A stretch of 61,934 bases of DNA, filler included, from Actinomycetota bacterium (GTDB lineage Bacteria > Actinomycetota > Acidimicrobiia > IMCC26256 > VFJJ01), in NCBI GenBank assembly GCA_009886115.1. It is 7 parts of 7 records of this genome, joined end to end, with 100 filler letters (N's around TTAATTAATTAA, not from the genome) between each part and the next. Parts side by side here need not be neighbours in the genome. Positions count along the whole stretch, not along the records: positions 44,487 to 49,690 come from VFJJ01000173.1; positions 49,791 to 61,934 come from VFJJ01000010.1; 5 more parts are not named here. One strand, given 5' to 3'. A program made the translations under genes and the position numbers. The notes beneath the pieces were generated by a model that was given only the letters and a program-made list of their open reading frames with translations, made no database searches and had not been told where the DNA came from. Shown here one piece after another: positions 48,259 through 57,410 of the stretch (position 1 is its first letter; the number at the start of each line of letters is the position of its first letter).

Positions 48259-49475
48259 GCGCCAGCGCCTCCAGGGGTGGGTGCGGCAGGTGTCGGCGCG
48301 GCGCCGTTCCGGGCCCGGGACGCGAGCGTCCGCCACCGGGTGAGGTACAGCGAGGGAAGGGCGCCCGGGCCCTCGAGATGGCGGAGGTACGACGGGGCCG
48401 GCACCACCAGCGCCCGAGCCAGCTCCAGCCGCCTGCGCCACGATCCGCCGCGGAGCTCCGACAGGCGCAGCGCAGCCGAGCGCCGAGCCGGGCTCAGGCA
48501 CGCCGCGAGCAGCTGCCGTTCGTGTGCGCTCGCCGACATCGCCCGACCCTCGGCCCATCCTCCCAGACCGTGGGGAAGCGTCATCGCGAAGATCCGCTCG
48601 ACGCGTCGAATGCACTCGGCCACCAACAGGCCCACGCCCCACTCCTCGGCGACGGCCAGCATCCGCTGAGGGTCGACGGGGGCAGTGACGACGATCTGCG
48701 CGACGTCGCGCAGCGCGATCGGACGCGTGAATCCGTGACCGACGGCTCCGTGCAGGGCAGCCTCGATGAGATGATGCTCCCAGCTCGGAGCCCGCATCGA
48801 GAGGGCACCAGCCTTGATCTGCACCGCCTCGGCGAGGATCTCGTGGGTCGGGATCGAACGCTCGAGCGGGCCAGGGACCAGCGTTCGGTGGAGATCGATG
48901 CTCAGGCCCTCGGGGTGCGTGAGACACATCGCCTTGGCCACGAGCTCGACGTATCTGGGCGTCGGGTCGGGCCACGGACGTCGGTACCCCAGCGCCACCA
49001 AGCCCTCGATGGCGGCCTGCATCGATCGCGGGGCAACGAGCACGTCGAGATCGGTGAACAGCCGATCAGCCGGATCGGCATAGACGCCATGGGCGAACGC
49101 CGGGCCCTTGAGCACCACCGCGTTGGCGTCGGCCATCACGTCGTGCAGTCGGACCAGCTCGACCTCGTGGCGGAGCGATCGGACGAGCATCGGTTCGTGC
49201 GCTCCCACGAGCTGGGCGGCCTCGTCACGGTCGAGGTCGACTAGGCCGGCCTCGACCGCCCGGACCAGCAGGCCGCTGAGACCCTCGGTGGCCACCCACT
49301 CGATGCGCTCGCCCCAGCCGGTACGCGGAAGCTCGACCGACGCGCCCGGCAGGCCGACGCCGGCCAGGGCCTCCAGCACCGCCAACCCGTCGAGCCGATC
49401 GCCATCGCGTCGCTGAGCATCGAGGCCGTCGGAGCCCGCCGACCGCACGGACTCCACGGGGCCCCCGGCGGTCAT
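48255..49475 (-). CDS. Nucleotidyltransferase family protein (NTP_transf_5-like)
   Basis: VVLKGPA..Y..PADRLFTDLDVLV, IDLH and LRDV motifs. Confidence 0.82.
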   Translation of the reverse strand: MTAGGPVESVRSAGSDGLDAQRRDGDRLDGLAVLEALAGVGLPGASVELPRTGWGERIEWVATEGLSGLLVRAVEAGLVDLDRDEAAQLVGAHEPMLVRSLRHEVELVRLHDVMADANAVVLKGPAFAHGVYADPADRLFTDLDVLVAPRSMQAAIEGLVALGYRRPWPDPTPRYVELVAKAMCLTHPEGLSIDLHRTLVPGPLERSIPTHEILAEAVQIKAGALSMRAPSWEHHLIEAALHGAVGHGFTRPIALRDVAQIVVTAPVDPQRMLAVAEEWGVGLLVAECIRRVERIFAMTLPHGLGGWAEGRAMSASAHERQLLAACLSPARRSAALRLSELRGGSWRRRLELARALVVPAPSYLRHLEGPGALPSLYLTRWRTLASRARNGAAPTPAAPTPGGAGA

Positions 49476-49690
49476 CTCACCACCGCCACACCGAGCTCGC
49501 AGAGGTGCCGGCCGACCAGGGTGACGTCACGCAGCACGTCTTCGGGGTCAGCGCCGAGGCGCTCGGTGAGCGTCTCGGCGATCGTCCCGAGCGAACGTTC
49601 ACCGTCGATGAGATCCCAGATGAGCGGGCCGGTCGCGTCGAGGCGGACGGGTTCGCGACCGGGTCCGGGGCGAGCGATGATCACCGAGCC
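49472..49690 (-). CDS. PqqD family/RiPP recognition element protein (5' partial)
   Basis: LDATGPLIWDLIDGERSLGTIAETLTERLG...VLRDV...LCELG. Confidence 0.8.
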   Translation of the reverse strand, partial: GSVIIARPGPGREPVRLDATGPLIWDLIDGERSLGTIAETLTERLGADPEDVLRDVTLVGRHLCELGVAVVR

Positions 49691-49790
49691 NNNNNNNNNN
49701 NNNNNNNNNNNNNNNNNNNNNNNNNNNNNNNNNNTTAATTAATTAANNNNNNNNNNNNNNNNNNNNNNNNNNNNNNNNNNNNNNNNNNNN
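49691..49790. other. Artificial contig linker
   Basis: N44-TTAATTAATTAA-N44. Confidence 0.98.
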
Positions 49791-51690
49791 CAAAGAGCCG
49801 GGCCTTTTCGTCGGGCGTTGCGGTGTGGCAGGGACGGATGGCGCGACGCAGCGAGTCGGAGGCCCGGTCGATCACCCACAGGGCGCCGCCGGCGCCGACG
49901 AGCCCGACGGGCGCGGTTCCCACGGCGATGGTCCGGTTCACCTGGCGGGTGGCGGGGTCGATGCGGGCGACGGTTCCTTCCCCCGCCTGGGCGACCCAGA
50001 CCGCACCGTCGACGACAGCGAGGCCGAACCCGCCTCGCCCGACGGGGATGTGGTCGGTGACTCGGTGGGTGAGCGGGTCGATGCGGGCGACGGTCTCGGT
50101 CTCGGGCTGGCTGACCCAGACGGCGTCAGCCGTGGCGACGACGGTGCCGGGTGCGCCGCCGATGGCAACCGAGCTCTCGGTCTCGTGCGTGCTGGCGTCG
50201 ATCGTGACCAGCCGTCCCTCGTCGGCGACGGCCATCCAGACGTTGTCGCCGGCGCTGGTCAGGGCCGACGGCCTACCCGCTACGGGCACCGTCTCGAGGA
50301 GCGACGGGCCGGGTGCCCGGGTCGCGACGGCGCCGACCGCGGCCGTGGGCGTGACCGGCGGCGTGCCGGTGGCGACCGCTGACGGGTCGCCGCTCCGGGC
50401 CCGCTCCGACGGTTCCAGCGTCACCGCCGGACCGGCGCTCGAGGCGCCAGCGGCCCGGGCGTCGGTCGCCGCCGCCGGGCTCGGAATGGTGGACCCGGTC
50501 GAGATGCTCAGGACGATCGCGCTGATCCCGAGGCCCACCGCAGCGAGCGCGGCACCGAGCGGGAGCGAGAACGACGTCGGGCGGGCCCGCTCGACCGGGC
50601 CGACCCGGCGCGTGCGCGGCCCCGTGCCGATCGGCTCCCGGCCCGTCCGGCCCGTCCGGCCCGTCCGGCCCGTCCGGGTCGTCCGGCCCGTCCGGGTCGT
50701 GGTGCTGGCGGCCGTGGTGGTCCCAGGGGCCGCGGCGGTCCCGGGGGTCGCCCCCGGCGGGTCGGTGGCCTCCGCGGGGGATCGGGACGGGGAGGGAGCC
50801 TCGAGCGGGGCCAGGCGCCGGGCGCTGACCTCGACGCCGAGGATCGCCTGGCACTCCTGCAGCAGCGCGACCAGCTCGGCGGCGCTCGACGGCCGACTGG
50901 CGGGATCCTTGGCCATGGTCCACGCGACGGCGCCGGCGACCGCTTCGGGTACGCCGAAGCCCCGCAGATCCGGGGCCGGCTCGGTCCAGGCCCGGAGGGC
51001 GACGGGAAGGAACGACTCGTCGGTGTCGCGTACGAACGCCGGGCTGCCGGCCAAGAGCGTGTAGAGCGTCGATCCGAGCGAGTACACGTCGGAGGCCACG
51101 CTGGCCCGCTCGCCCCCGAGCACCTCGGGAGCCGTGTGCGCGACGGTGCCCGTCACGATCCCCGACTCGGTGCCCGGCTCGCCCCCCACGGCCACGACAC
51201 CGAAGTCGGCCAGCTTGCACTCACCGAAGCAGTCGACGAGCACGTTGCCCGGCTTCACATCGCGGTGCAGGAGCCCGGCGCGATGTGCGGCGTCGAGCGC
51301 GTCGGCGACACGAACGCCGACATCGAGAACCTCGGCCCAGGGCCGGGGCCCCAGCGCTTCGAGCCGCTCGCTCAACGACCCGCCCGTGAGGTGTTCCATG
51401 GCGAGGTACCAGGTGCCGTCGGGTGTGAGGCCGGCGTCGTAGACCCGAACGATGCCCGGGTGCCACGACAACAGTCCCAGCGCCTGGCATTCGCGGTGGA
51501 AGCGCCGGGACAGGTCTCGCTCGGCGCCGAGGTGGGCCAGGATCTTGAGGGCCACGGTGCGACCGACGGCCGTCTGGCGTGCGAGGTACACCACCGAGTG
51601 TCCGCCCCGGCCGAGCTCGTCGAGGATCTCGTAGCCGGCTACCGACACCGTGACCCCGGTCGAGCGCTCGTTGGTCAGGTCGATCGTCAT
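49791..51690 (-). CDS. Ser/Thr protein kinase with TM helix and beta-propeller (YVTN/Vgb-like) repeats (3' partial)
   Basis: LGRGG, VALK, HRDVKPGN, DFG, APE and DVYSLG; TM helix; VWV...TVARIDP repeats. Confidence 0.9.
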
Positions 51691-51843
51691 GACACCCTCC
51701 GTCGTTGCCGTGCTCCACGATCAACGAGCCCCGACGGGATCTCGTGATACAGCCCGGTCGGTTCGGCGTCGCCGATCCCGTGCGCGACGTGTGCACAAGT
51801 GACAAGATGCGAACCACACGTCGCCAAGCCACCAGGGGGAGCG

Positions 51844-52302
51844 GTGCGAGTCTCGATCACCGTCAACGGCCAAGAGCAGTCACACGAGGTCGAGCCGCGT
51901 CAGTTGCTCGTGTTCTTCCTTCGTGAGTCGTGCGGCCTCACCGGCACCAACATCGGCTGCGACACGACATCGTGCGGCGCATGCACGGTCATGTTCGACG
52001 GCGAGTCGGTGAAGTCGTGCACGATGCTGGCCGCCCAGGCCGATGGTGGCGCGATCACCACGATCGAGGGTCTGGCCGACGGCGAGACCCTGCACCCGAT
52101 GCAGCAGGCGTTCATGGAGAATCACGCCCTCCAGTGCGGCTACTGCACCCCGGGCATGATCATGGCCTCGATCGGCCTGCTCGACGAGAACCCCAAGCCC
52201 ACCGAAGCCGAGGTGCGTATGGGTCTCGAGGGCAACTTGTGCCGGTGCACCGGGTACCACAACATCGTCAAGGCTGTCCTCGCTGCCGCCCAGAAGAGCT
52301 GA
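51844..52302 (+). CDS. coxS: (2Fe-2S)-binding small subunit, CO/xanthine dehydrogenase family
   Basis: [22 protein letters not shown] and NLCRCTGY motifs. Confidence 0.9.
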   Translation: MRVSITVNGQEQSHEVEPRQLLVFFLRESCGLTGTNIGCDTTSCGACTVMFDGESVKSCTMLAAQADGGAITTIEGLADGETLHPMQQAFMENHALQCGYCTPGMIMASIGLLDENPKPTEAEVRMGLEGNLCRCTGYHNIVKAVLAAAQKS

Positions 52303-52358
52303 CGGGCCCGATCGCCGGGCCTGCCTGACGCCAACCACCCTTCCCAGGAGACGACGAG

Positions 52359-53177
52359 ATGATCCCCGCTGCGTTCGAGTACGTCCGGGCTGGTTCGGTC
52401 GACGAAGCCGTGTCGCTGCTGGGCCAGCATGGCGACGACGCCAAGCTGTTGGCCGGCGGCCACTCGCTGCTGCCGCTCATGAAGCTGCGCTTGGCGACGC
52501 CGTCGGTGCTCGTCGACATCGGCCGTCTGAAAGACCTGTCGTACGTGCGCGACGCCGGCGACCACATCGCGATCGGGGCGCTCACCCGCCATCGCGACCT
52601 CGAGATCTCGCCGGTGCTCGCGGCGGGCAACGCGCTCGTGGCCGAGGTCGCCGGTCAGATCGGCGATCCGCAGGTGCGTCACCGGGGCACGATCGGCGGC
52701 TCGATCGCCCACGGTGACCCGGCATCCGATCTGCCGACCGCGCTCGTCGCGCTCGACGCCACCCTCGTGCTCACGGGCAAGGGTGGCACCACACGCAGCG
52801 TCGGTGCCACCGAGTTCTTCAAGGGCTTCCTCGAGACGGCGCTGGGGGCCGAGGAGATGCTCACCGAGATCAGGGTCCCCAAGGCCAGCGCCGGCACCTA
52901 CGTGAAGTTCAACCGTCGGGCGCAGGACTGGGCCATCGTCGGTGCGATCGCGGTCAAGGCCGGCGGCACCACCCGGGTCGCGCTCACGAACATGGGCTCG
53001 GTCCCGGTGCGCGCCCGCGGCGTCGAGGCTGCGTTGGCGGGGGGTGCCTCGGTCTCCGATGCTGCTCAGGCCGCCGCCGACGGCACCGAGCCCCCGTCCG
53101 ACCTGAACGCGACGCCCGAGTACCGACAGCACCTCGCCCGGGTGCTCACCCGGAGGGCCCTCGAAGCGATCGGCTGA
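52359..53177 (+). CDS. coxM: FAD-binding medium subunit, CO/xanthine dehydrogenase family
   Basis: MIPAAFEY, AGGHSLLPLMKLRLA and VRHRGTIGGSIAHGDPASD motifs. Confidence 0.9.
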   Translation: MIPAAFEYVRAGSVDEAVSLLGQHGDDAKLLAGGHSLLPLMKLRLATPSVLVDIGRLKDLSYVRDAGDHIAIGALTRHRDLEISPVLAAGNALVAEVAGQIGDPQVRHRGTIGGSIAHGDPASDLPTALVALDATLVLTGKGGTTRSVGATEFFKGFLETALGAEEMLTEIRVPKASAGTYVKFNRRAQDWAIVGAIAVKAGGTTRVALTNMGSVPVRARGVEAALAGGASVSDAAQAAADGTEPPSDLNATPEYRQHLARVLTRRALEAIG

Positions 53178-53314
53178 TCGGCCCAGCGCTGCTCGACGTC
53201 GGGGGCGGTTCTCGCGGCCTCAGAGGTACGAGAACCTGTTCTCGCGTTCCTGTACGCTCGATTCGCGCGTCCATCGCACTCGGTGAAGCTCGAGAACTCG
53301 GGGAACGAGCGCCA

Positions 53315-54241
53315 ATGTTCATCTACGGCCCGACGCCGGCTCAGCCCTCTCCACCCGAGCGGTCCCACGGGCCGCTCGTCGCGGTCGGGGCGTACGACGG
53401 CATGCACCGGGCTCATCAGGCGGCGCTGCGTCATCTCCGAGGTATGGCCGACGAGATGGGTGTCTCGGCGGGCATCGTCACCTTCGACGAGCCCCCGTCA
53501 CGCGAACGGCGCTTGACCACGCTCGAGTATCGGCTGGAGCTCATCGAGCAGACGCACCTCGTCGACGAGGTCTGGGTCGTGCCCACGGGTGACCGTCCCG
53601 CCACTCCCGAGGCCTTCGTGCGCGACGTGCTCGTCGACCGGGTGCACGCCAGCGGGGTCGCGCTCTCGAAGCACTTCGGGCTGGGCTACGACGCCGTCGA
53701 CGACATCGCCACCGCCGAGCGACTCTCGGGCGAGCTCGGCTACGACGTCGTGGGGCTCGACGAGGCGCTCGAAGAGCTTGCCGATCTGCCGTGCTCGATC
53801 GACGGCGTCACGGCGCGGCTCTCCGAAGGCGACGTTGCCGGCGCAGCCCAGCTGCTCGGGCGCTGGCACGAGATGCGGGGGGTCGTGGAGCAGGGCGATC
53901 AGCGGGGCCGCACGCTCGGCTTCCCGACGGCGAACATGGCCATCCCGAGCACGTTGGTGATCCCTCGCGAGGGTGTGTACGCGGGGTTGTTCATCGACGA
54001 GGACGGCGTCCCCCGGCCCACGGCCATCTCGCTGGGCCGTCGCCCCACGTTCTACAAGGAGGGCCACGAGCTGCTCGAGGCCCACGTGCTCGACTTCGAC
54101 GGCGATCTCTACGGCCACGTCGTACGGGTGCAGTTTCTCGCCCATCTGCGCGGGCAGGTCCGCTTCGCCTCGGTCGACGAGCTCGTCGCCCAGCTCCACA
54201 AGGACATCGCCGCAACCCGCCAGCACATCGGCGAAGGCTGA
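53315..54241 (+). CDS. ribF: Riboflavin kinase/FAD synthetase-like protein with a divergent adenylyltransferase module
   Basis: Intact kinase motifs GDQRGRTLGFPTAN, GVYAG and LEAHVLDF. N-terminal GAYDGMHRAH is non-canonical. Confidence 0.8.
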   Translation: MFIYGPTPAQPSPPERSHGPLVAVGAYDGMHRAHQAALRHLRGMADEMGVSAGIVTFDEPPSRERRLTTLEYRLELIEQTHLVDEVWVVPTGDRPATPEAFVRDVLVDRVHASGVALSKHFGLGYDAVDDIATAERLSGELGYDVVGLDEALEELADLPCSIDGVTARLSEGDVAGAAQLLGRWHEMRGVVEQGDQRGRTLGFPTANMAIPSTLVIPREGVYAGLFIDEDGVPRPTAISLGRRPTFYKEGHELLEAHVLDFDGDLYGHVVRVQFLAHLRGQVRFASVDELVAQLHKDIAATRQHIGEG

Positions 54242-54264
54242 GTCAGCTCCCACCGCCCCAAATT

Positions 54265-54301
54265 TGTGCAGAAATCGTCGCTGGGCGACGATTTCTGCAC
54301 A
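54265..54301. repeat. REP-like perfect 17-bp inverted repeat between convergent genes
   Basis: TGTGCAGAAATCGTCGC-TGG-GCGACGATTTCTGCACA with C-rich and G-rich flanks. Confidence 0.8.
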
Positions 54302-54328
54302 CAGAACGATCGGGGTGGGGTGGGGGGC

Positions 54329-54733
54329 TCAGGCCGGGTCGGGCGTCGCTACCTGGCGGGCGAATTCCTGGCCGTCCCAGTAGTCGACCCGATGCGCCAC
54401 GAGACCGTCGGCCACACGGAACCGGAACATGCCGCGGATGCGCACCGGGTGGCCGTCGTGGCGGCAGGTCATCGTGTACGGCACCGCCGCCCGGTCGCCG
54501 TTGACGATGGGATCGTCGTCGATCTCGTAGCGCAGCTCGGCGAATCGGGCGAGGAACCCGTCGAGCCGGCTGCGGTACGCGGCCCGTCCGACGACCGTGC
54601 TACCCAGCGCCGAGGTGTGCTCGTTGACGAAGTCGTCGGTGACGGCTGCGGCGACGGCGTCGGCATCGTGGGCATTGAGCGCGTCGAGGTAGCGCTCGAC
54701 CGCCATGCGGGTGACGTGGGCCGCCTGGGTCAT
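54329..54733 (-). CDS. SnoaL/NTF2-like protein
   Basis: VERYLDALNAHDADA...GRAAY...FRVADGLVAHRVDYWD. Confidence 0.82.
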   Translation of the reverse strand: MTQAAHVTRMAVERYLDALNAHDADAVAAAVTDDFVNEHTSALGSTVVGRAAYRSRLDGFLARFAELRYEIDDDPIVNGDRAAVPYTMTCRHDGHPVRIRGMFRFRVADGLVAHRVDYWDGQEFARQVATPDPA

Positions 54734-56109
54734 GCGACGTCGATCCCGGCGCGAGCGAGCAGCGCTCGGCGGGCCTCGTTGGCCTGGGCTCGCACGGCGG
54801 CACGATCGACGGTCGTGGCCCGTCCGCCGGCGACGACCTGACGGCCCGCCACGAAGACGTCACGCACCGTGCGGGAGCCGGCCCCCCACACGAGCTGGAG
54901 GACGGGGTTGCCGTACGGGAGCCACTCGGTGCGGGTGAGGTCGTGCAGCACCAGGTCGGCCCGCTTGCCGATCTCGATGGAGCCGGTCTCGTGACCCAGG
55001 CCGATCGCTTCGGCGCCGAGGCGGGTGGCCATCTCCAACGCCCGCTTGGCCCCCACGAGCGCCGGGTCGAGCCGGGCGTCGCCGAACAGGCCCGCGGTGA
55101 GCTTGGCCGCGTCGAGCACGTCGGGCCGGTCGCCGGCATTGTGCGAGTCGCAACCGAGCGCCACCCGCCCGCGGGCGTCGGCGAGCAGCTCGGGGATGCG
55201 GCCGTGCGGGCCGGCTCCCTGGGCCAGGCGCAGGTAGGCCCACGGGCAGAAGGCGACGGCCGTGGCGGTCTCGAGCACGAGCGCGACCTCGGCATCCGAC
55301 AGGTGCACGGCGTGACCGAGGAGCAGGTGACGTCCCAGCATCCCGAGATCGGCGAAGTGCTCGACGGGCCGCCTTCCGCAGCGGGCCAGGTACGCCTCGG
55401 CGTCGCCGGGACCGGGGGAGATGTGCAGCGTCATGCCGGTGCCCAGCGCCCGGGCCAGATCGGCGGCGCCGCCGAGCAGCTCGTCGGTGGCGAGGTCGTG
55501 GCCCACCAGGGTGACCCAGCCAACGATGTCGCCGCCGGGCGGGTAGCGCTCGCACAGGGCCCGCAGGCGGTCGAGCACCTCGTCGGCGGGTGCCGCGTAC
55601 GGCGCCGCCGGATCATCGAGATCCCAGCCCCAGCGGCCGATCGTGCCCCGGATGCCCGCAGCTCGCATGCCCGCGACCACCCGGTCGGGATCGGCGACCG
55701 TCCCCGCCTCGACCAGGGTCGTCACCCCGCACTCGAGCGCCTCGACGCTGGCCACCAGGGCCGAGAGCTCGTCATCGTCGGGCGTGTGCTGCGCATGGAT
55801 CGGAACGGCCCAACCGAAGATCGTCTCGTGCGACGGGAGACCGTCGGGGATGGTGCTACGCACGAGCGGGTCGCCGGTGAGGTGCTGGTGGGCGTTCACG
55901 AAGCCCGGGGTCACCAGACAGTCGCGGGCGTCGTGCTCACGGGCGCCCGGAAACCCTTGGCGCATCTGGTCGAGCGGACCGACGCCCACGATCGTCTCGC
56001 CCGCGATGGCGATCGCTCCAGTGCGAACGAGTGTCTGGGCTTCATCGCAGCACAGCACGTCACCCCCCGCGACGAGCACGACATCGGCGCCAGTGGCGGT
56101 CCCGCGCAC
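54730..56109 (-). CDS. Amidohydrolase (MTA/SAH deaminase, AtzA/SsnA-like)
   Basis: PGFVNAHQH, GHAVH, ALGCD and GSIEIGKRADL motifs. Start approximate. Confidence 0.85.
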   Translation of the reverse strand: MRGTATGADVVLVAGGDVLCCDEAQTLVRTGAIAIAGETIVGVGPLDQMRQGFPGAREHDARDCLVTPGFVNAHQHLTGDPLVRSTIPDGLPSHETIFGWAVPIHAQHTPDDDELSALVASVEALECGVTTLVEAGTVADPDRVVAGMRAAGIRGTIGRWGWDLDDPAAPYAAPADEVLDRLRALCERYPPGGDIVGWVTLVGHDLATDELLGGAADLARALGTGMTLHISPGPGDAEAYLARCGRRPVEHFADLGMLGRHLLLGHAVHLSDAEVALVLETATAVAFCPWAYLRLAQGAGPHGRIPELLADARGRVALGCDSHNAGDRPDVLDAAKLTAGLFGDARLDPALVGAKRALEMATRLGAEAIGLGHETGSIEIGKRADLVLHDLTRTEWLPYGNPVLQLVWGAGSRTVRDVFVAGRQVVAGGRATTVDRAAVRAQANEARRALLARAGIDVA

Positions 56110-56194
56110 GCCCGACGCACTGCTCTCCTCGCGATTGTTCACCGGGGGTGCGCGAAATCGCGAAGAAAGGCGGGGGGAGGCGGCACGGAGCCGA

Positions 56195-56650
56195 TCACTC
56201 CGATGCCGTGCCCCACTTGGCCTGCACGGTGTCGTACACCGCCTGATCGTGCGAGATCTCGATCCGGTTGCCGTCGGGGTCGGCCAGCATGCAGACGTAG
56301 CCGACGGGCGGCGGGATGTGGACGGGCTCCATCGCCAGGCAGCCAGCGGCTCGGGCCCGATCGGCGATGGCATCGAGATCGGCGGCGGTCGGGACCTCGA
56401 CGCCGATGTGCGCGAACGGCGCCAGCTGCGGCTGCTCGCGGCCCTGGTCCTTGAAGAACATCACCAGCACGAGCACGAAGGGAGGATCGACCTGCTGGTC
56501 GTGCGAGAGCCAGGCGCTCTTGCCCATCTCGTCCTCGAACCGCTCGAGCAGCACCAGCGGCGTGAACGTCGTGTACCACTCGATCGACCGGTCGATGTCG
56601 ACCGAGGGCAGCGCGATGTGCGTCCACCGAGGTGCAGTGAGTCGGGTCAT
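56195..56650 (-). CDS. VOC (glyoxalase-like) protein
   Basis: WTHIAL..DIDRSIEWY, AHIGVE and DPDGNRIE motifs. GAGGAGG RBS. Confidence 0.85.
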   Translation of the reverse strand: MTRLTAPRWTHIALPSVDIDRSIEWYTTFTPLVLLERFEDEMGKSAWLSHDQQVDPPFVLVLVMFFKDQGREQPQLAPFAHIGVEVPTAADLDAIADRARAAGCLAMEPVHIPPPVGYVCMLADPDGNRIEISHDQAVYDTVQAKWGTASE

Positions 56651-56694
56651 CGGAACCTCCTCGACACGGCATCGCGCCGAACTCGCACCATGCG

Positions 56695-57264
56695 TCAGCC
56701 CTTGGCCTTCTTGGCGGAGCGCTGCGCCGACTGGGCCTGCTTCACCTTGGCGTCGACGACCTTGGTGGTGTCCCACCTCGGGTTCAGCGTGGGATCGTCG
56801 CCGGCCTTGATCCACAGGATGATCTCGGAGCCCCACGGGTCGCGGAACGCGCTGTGGAACCCGTTGAACTCCTTCCAGTAGTGATCGCGCCAGAGGACCT
56901 TGGCCCCGAGCTTCTCGGCGGTGGCGAGGATCCGCTCGGGGGTGTCGTCGTCGCTGACGAGGATGTAGACACGGGGCCCGGCGCCCGACGCCTTCTTGAC
57001 GCCAGCGGACGGCTTGGCGTTGGGGTCGGGGACGGCCACGCCCGTCTCGTAGATCCCCATGTGGAGGTTGCCGACCTCGGAGTCGACCTGGCCCGACGTG
57101 CTGTCGTCGGGGTTGGGGAAGAACCCGCCGGGAACGATGCGGTGGAACCAGCCCGCCGGCCGGCCTTCGACCTTCCACTTGAAGACCTTGGCGTAGAAGG
57201 TGGCTGCAGCCTTGGCGTCGTCGGAGGGGAAGTCGACGAAGATCAGGGTGTTGGGTCGGCCCAC
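56695..57264 (-). CDS. VOC family protein
   Basis: DDAKAAATFYAKVFKW and AFRDPWGSEI motifs. AGGAG RBS; Lys-rich tail. Confidence 0.8.
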   Translation of the reverse strand: MGRPNTLIFVDFPSDDAKAAATFYAKVFKWKVEGRPAGWFHRIVPGGFFPNPDDSTSGQVDSEVGNLHMGIYETGVAVPDPNAKPSAGVKKASGAGPRVYILVSDDDTPERILATAEKLGAKVLWRDHYWKEFNGFHSAFRDPWGSEIILWIKAGDDPTLNPRWDTTKVVDAKVKQAQSAQRSAKKAKG

Positions 57265-57320
57265 GGGTGCTCCTGGGGTGTCGGAGTGCTCGAACGTCCG
57301 GGTCGGCTGGACGCTACCAC

Positions 57321-57392
57321 TGGTCTGACCAACTGACCACCGATGCTGGCTCCCCGGGGTCGGCCGCGACTATGGTCAGACCAACTGACCAC
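57321..57392. promoter_or_regulatory. Two GntR/FadR-type operators in the divergent promoter
   Basis: 20-bp direct repeat TGGTC(T/A)GACCAACTGACCAC at 57321 and 57373, each containing the palindrome TGGTCnGACCA. Confidence 0.8.
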
Positions 57393-57410
57393 GTCGGACG
57401 GGGGTGAGCG

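Noticed and set aside
7267..49790. Six identical TTAATTAATTAA motifs within N runs
   Set aside because: Artificial concatenation linkers. Adjacency across them has no biological meaning.
49791..49845. Kinase tail departs from the propeller repeat (AIRPCHTATPDEKARLF)
   Set aside because: It lies at a contig end, so an insertion junction cannot be distinguished from an assembly artefact.
51844..53177. Aerobic CO oxidation capacity
   Set aside because: The diagnostic large subunit is absent from the window.
53180..53314. FMN riboswitch upstream of the ribF-like gene
   Set aside because: The conserved RFN sequence blocks are not visible.
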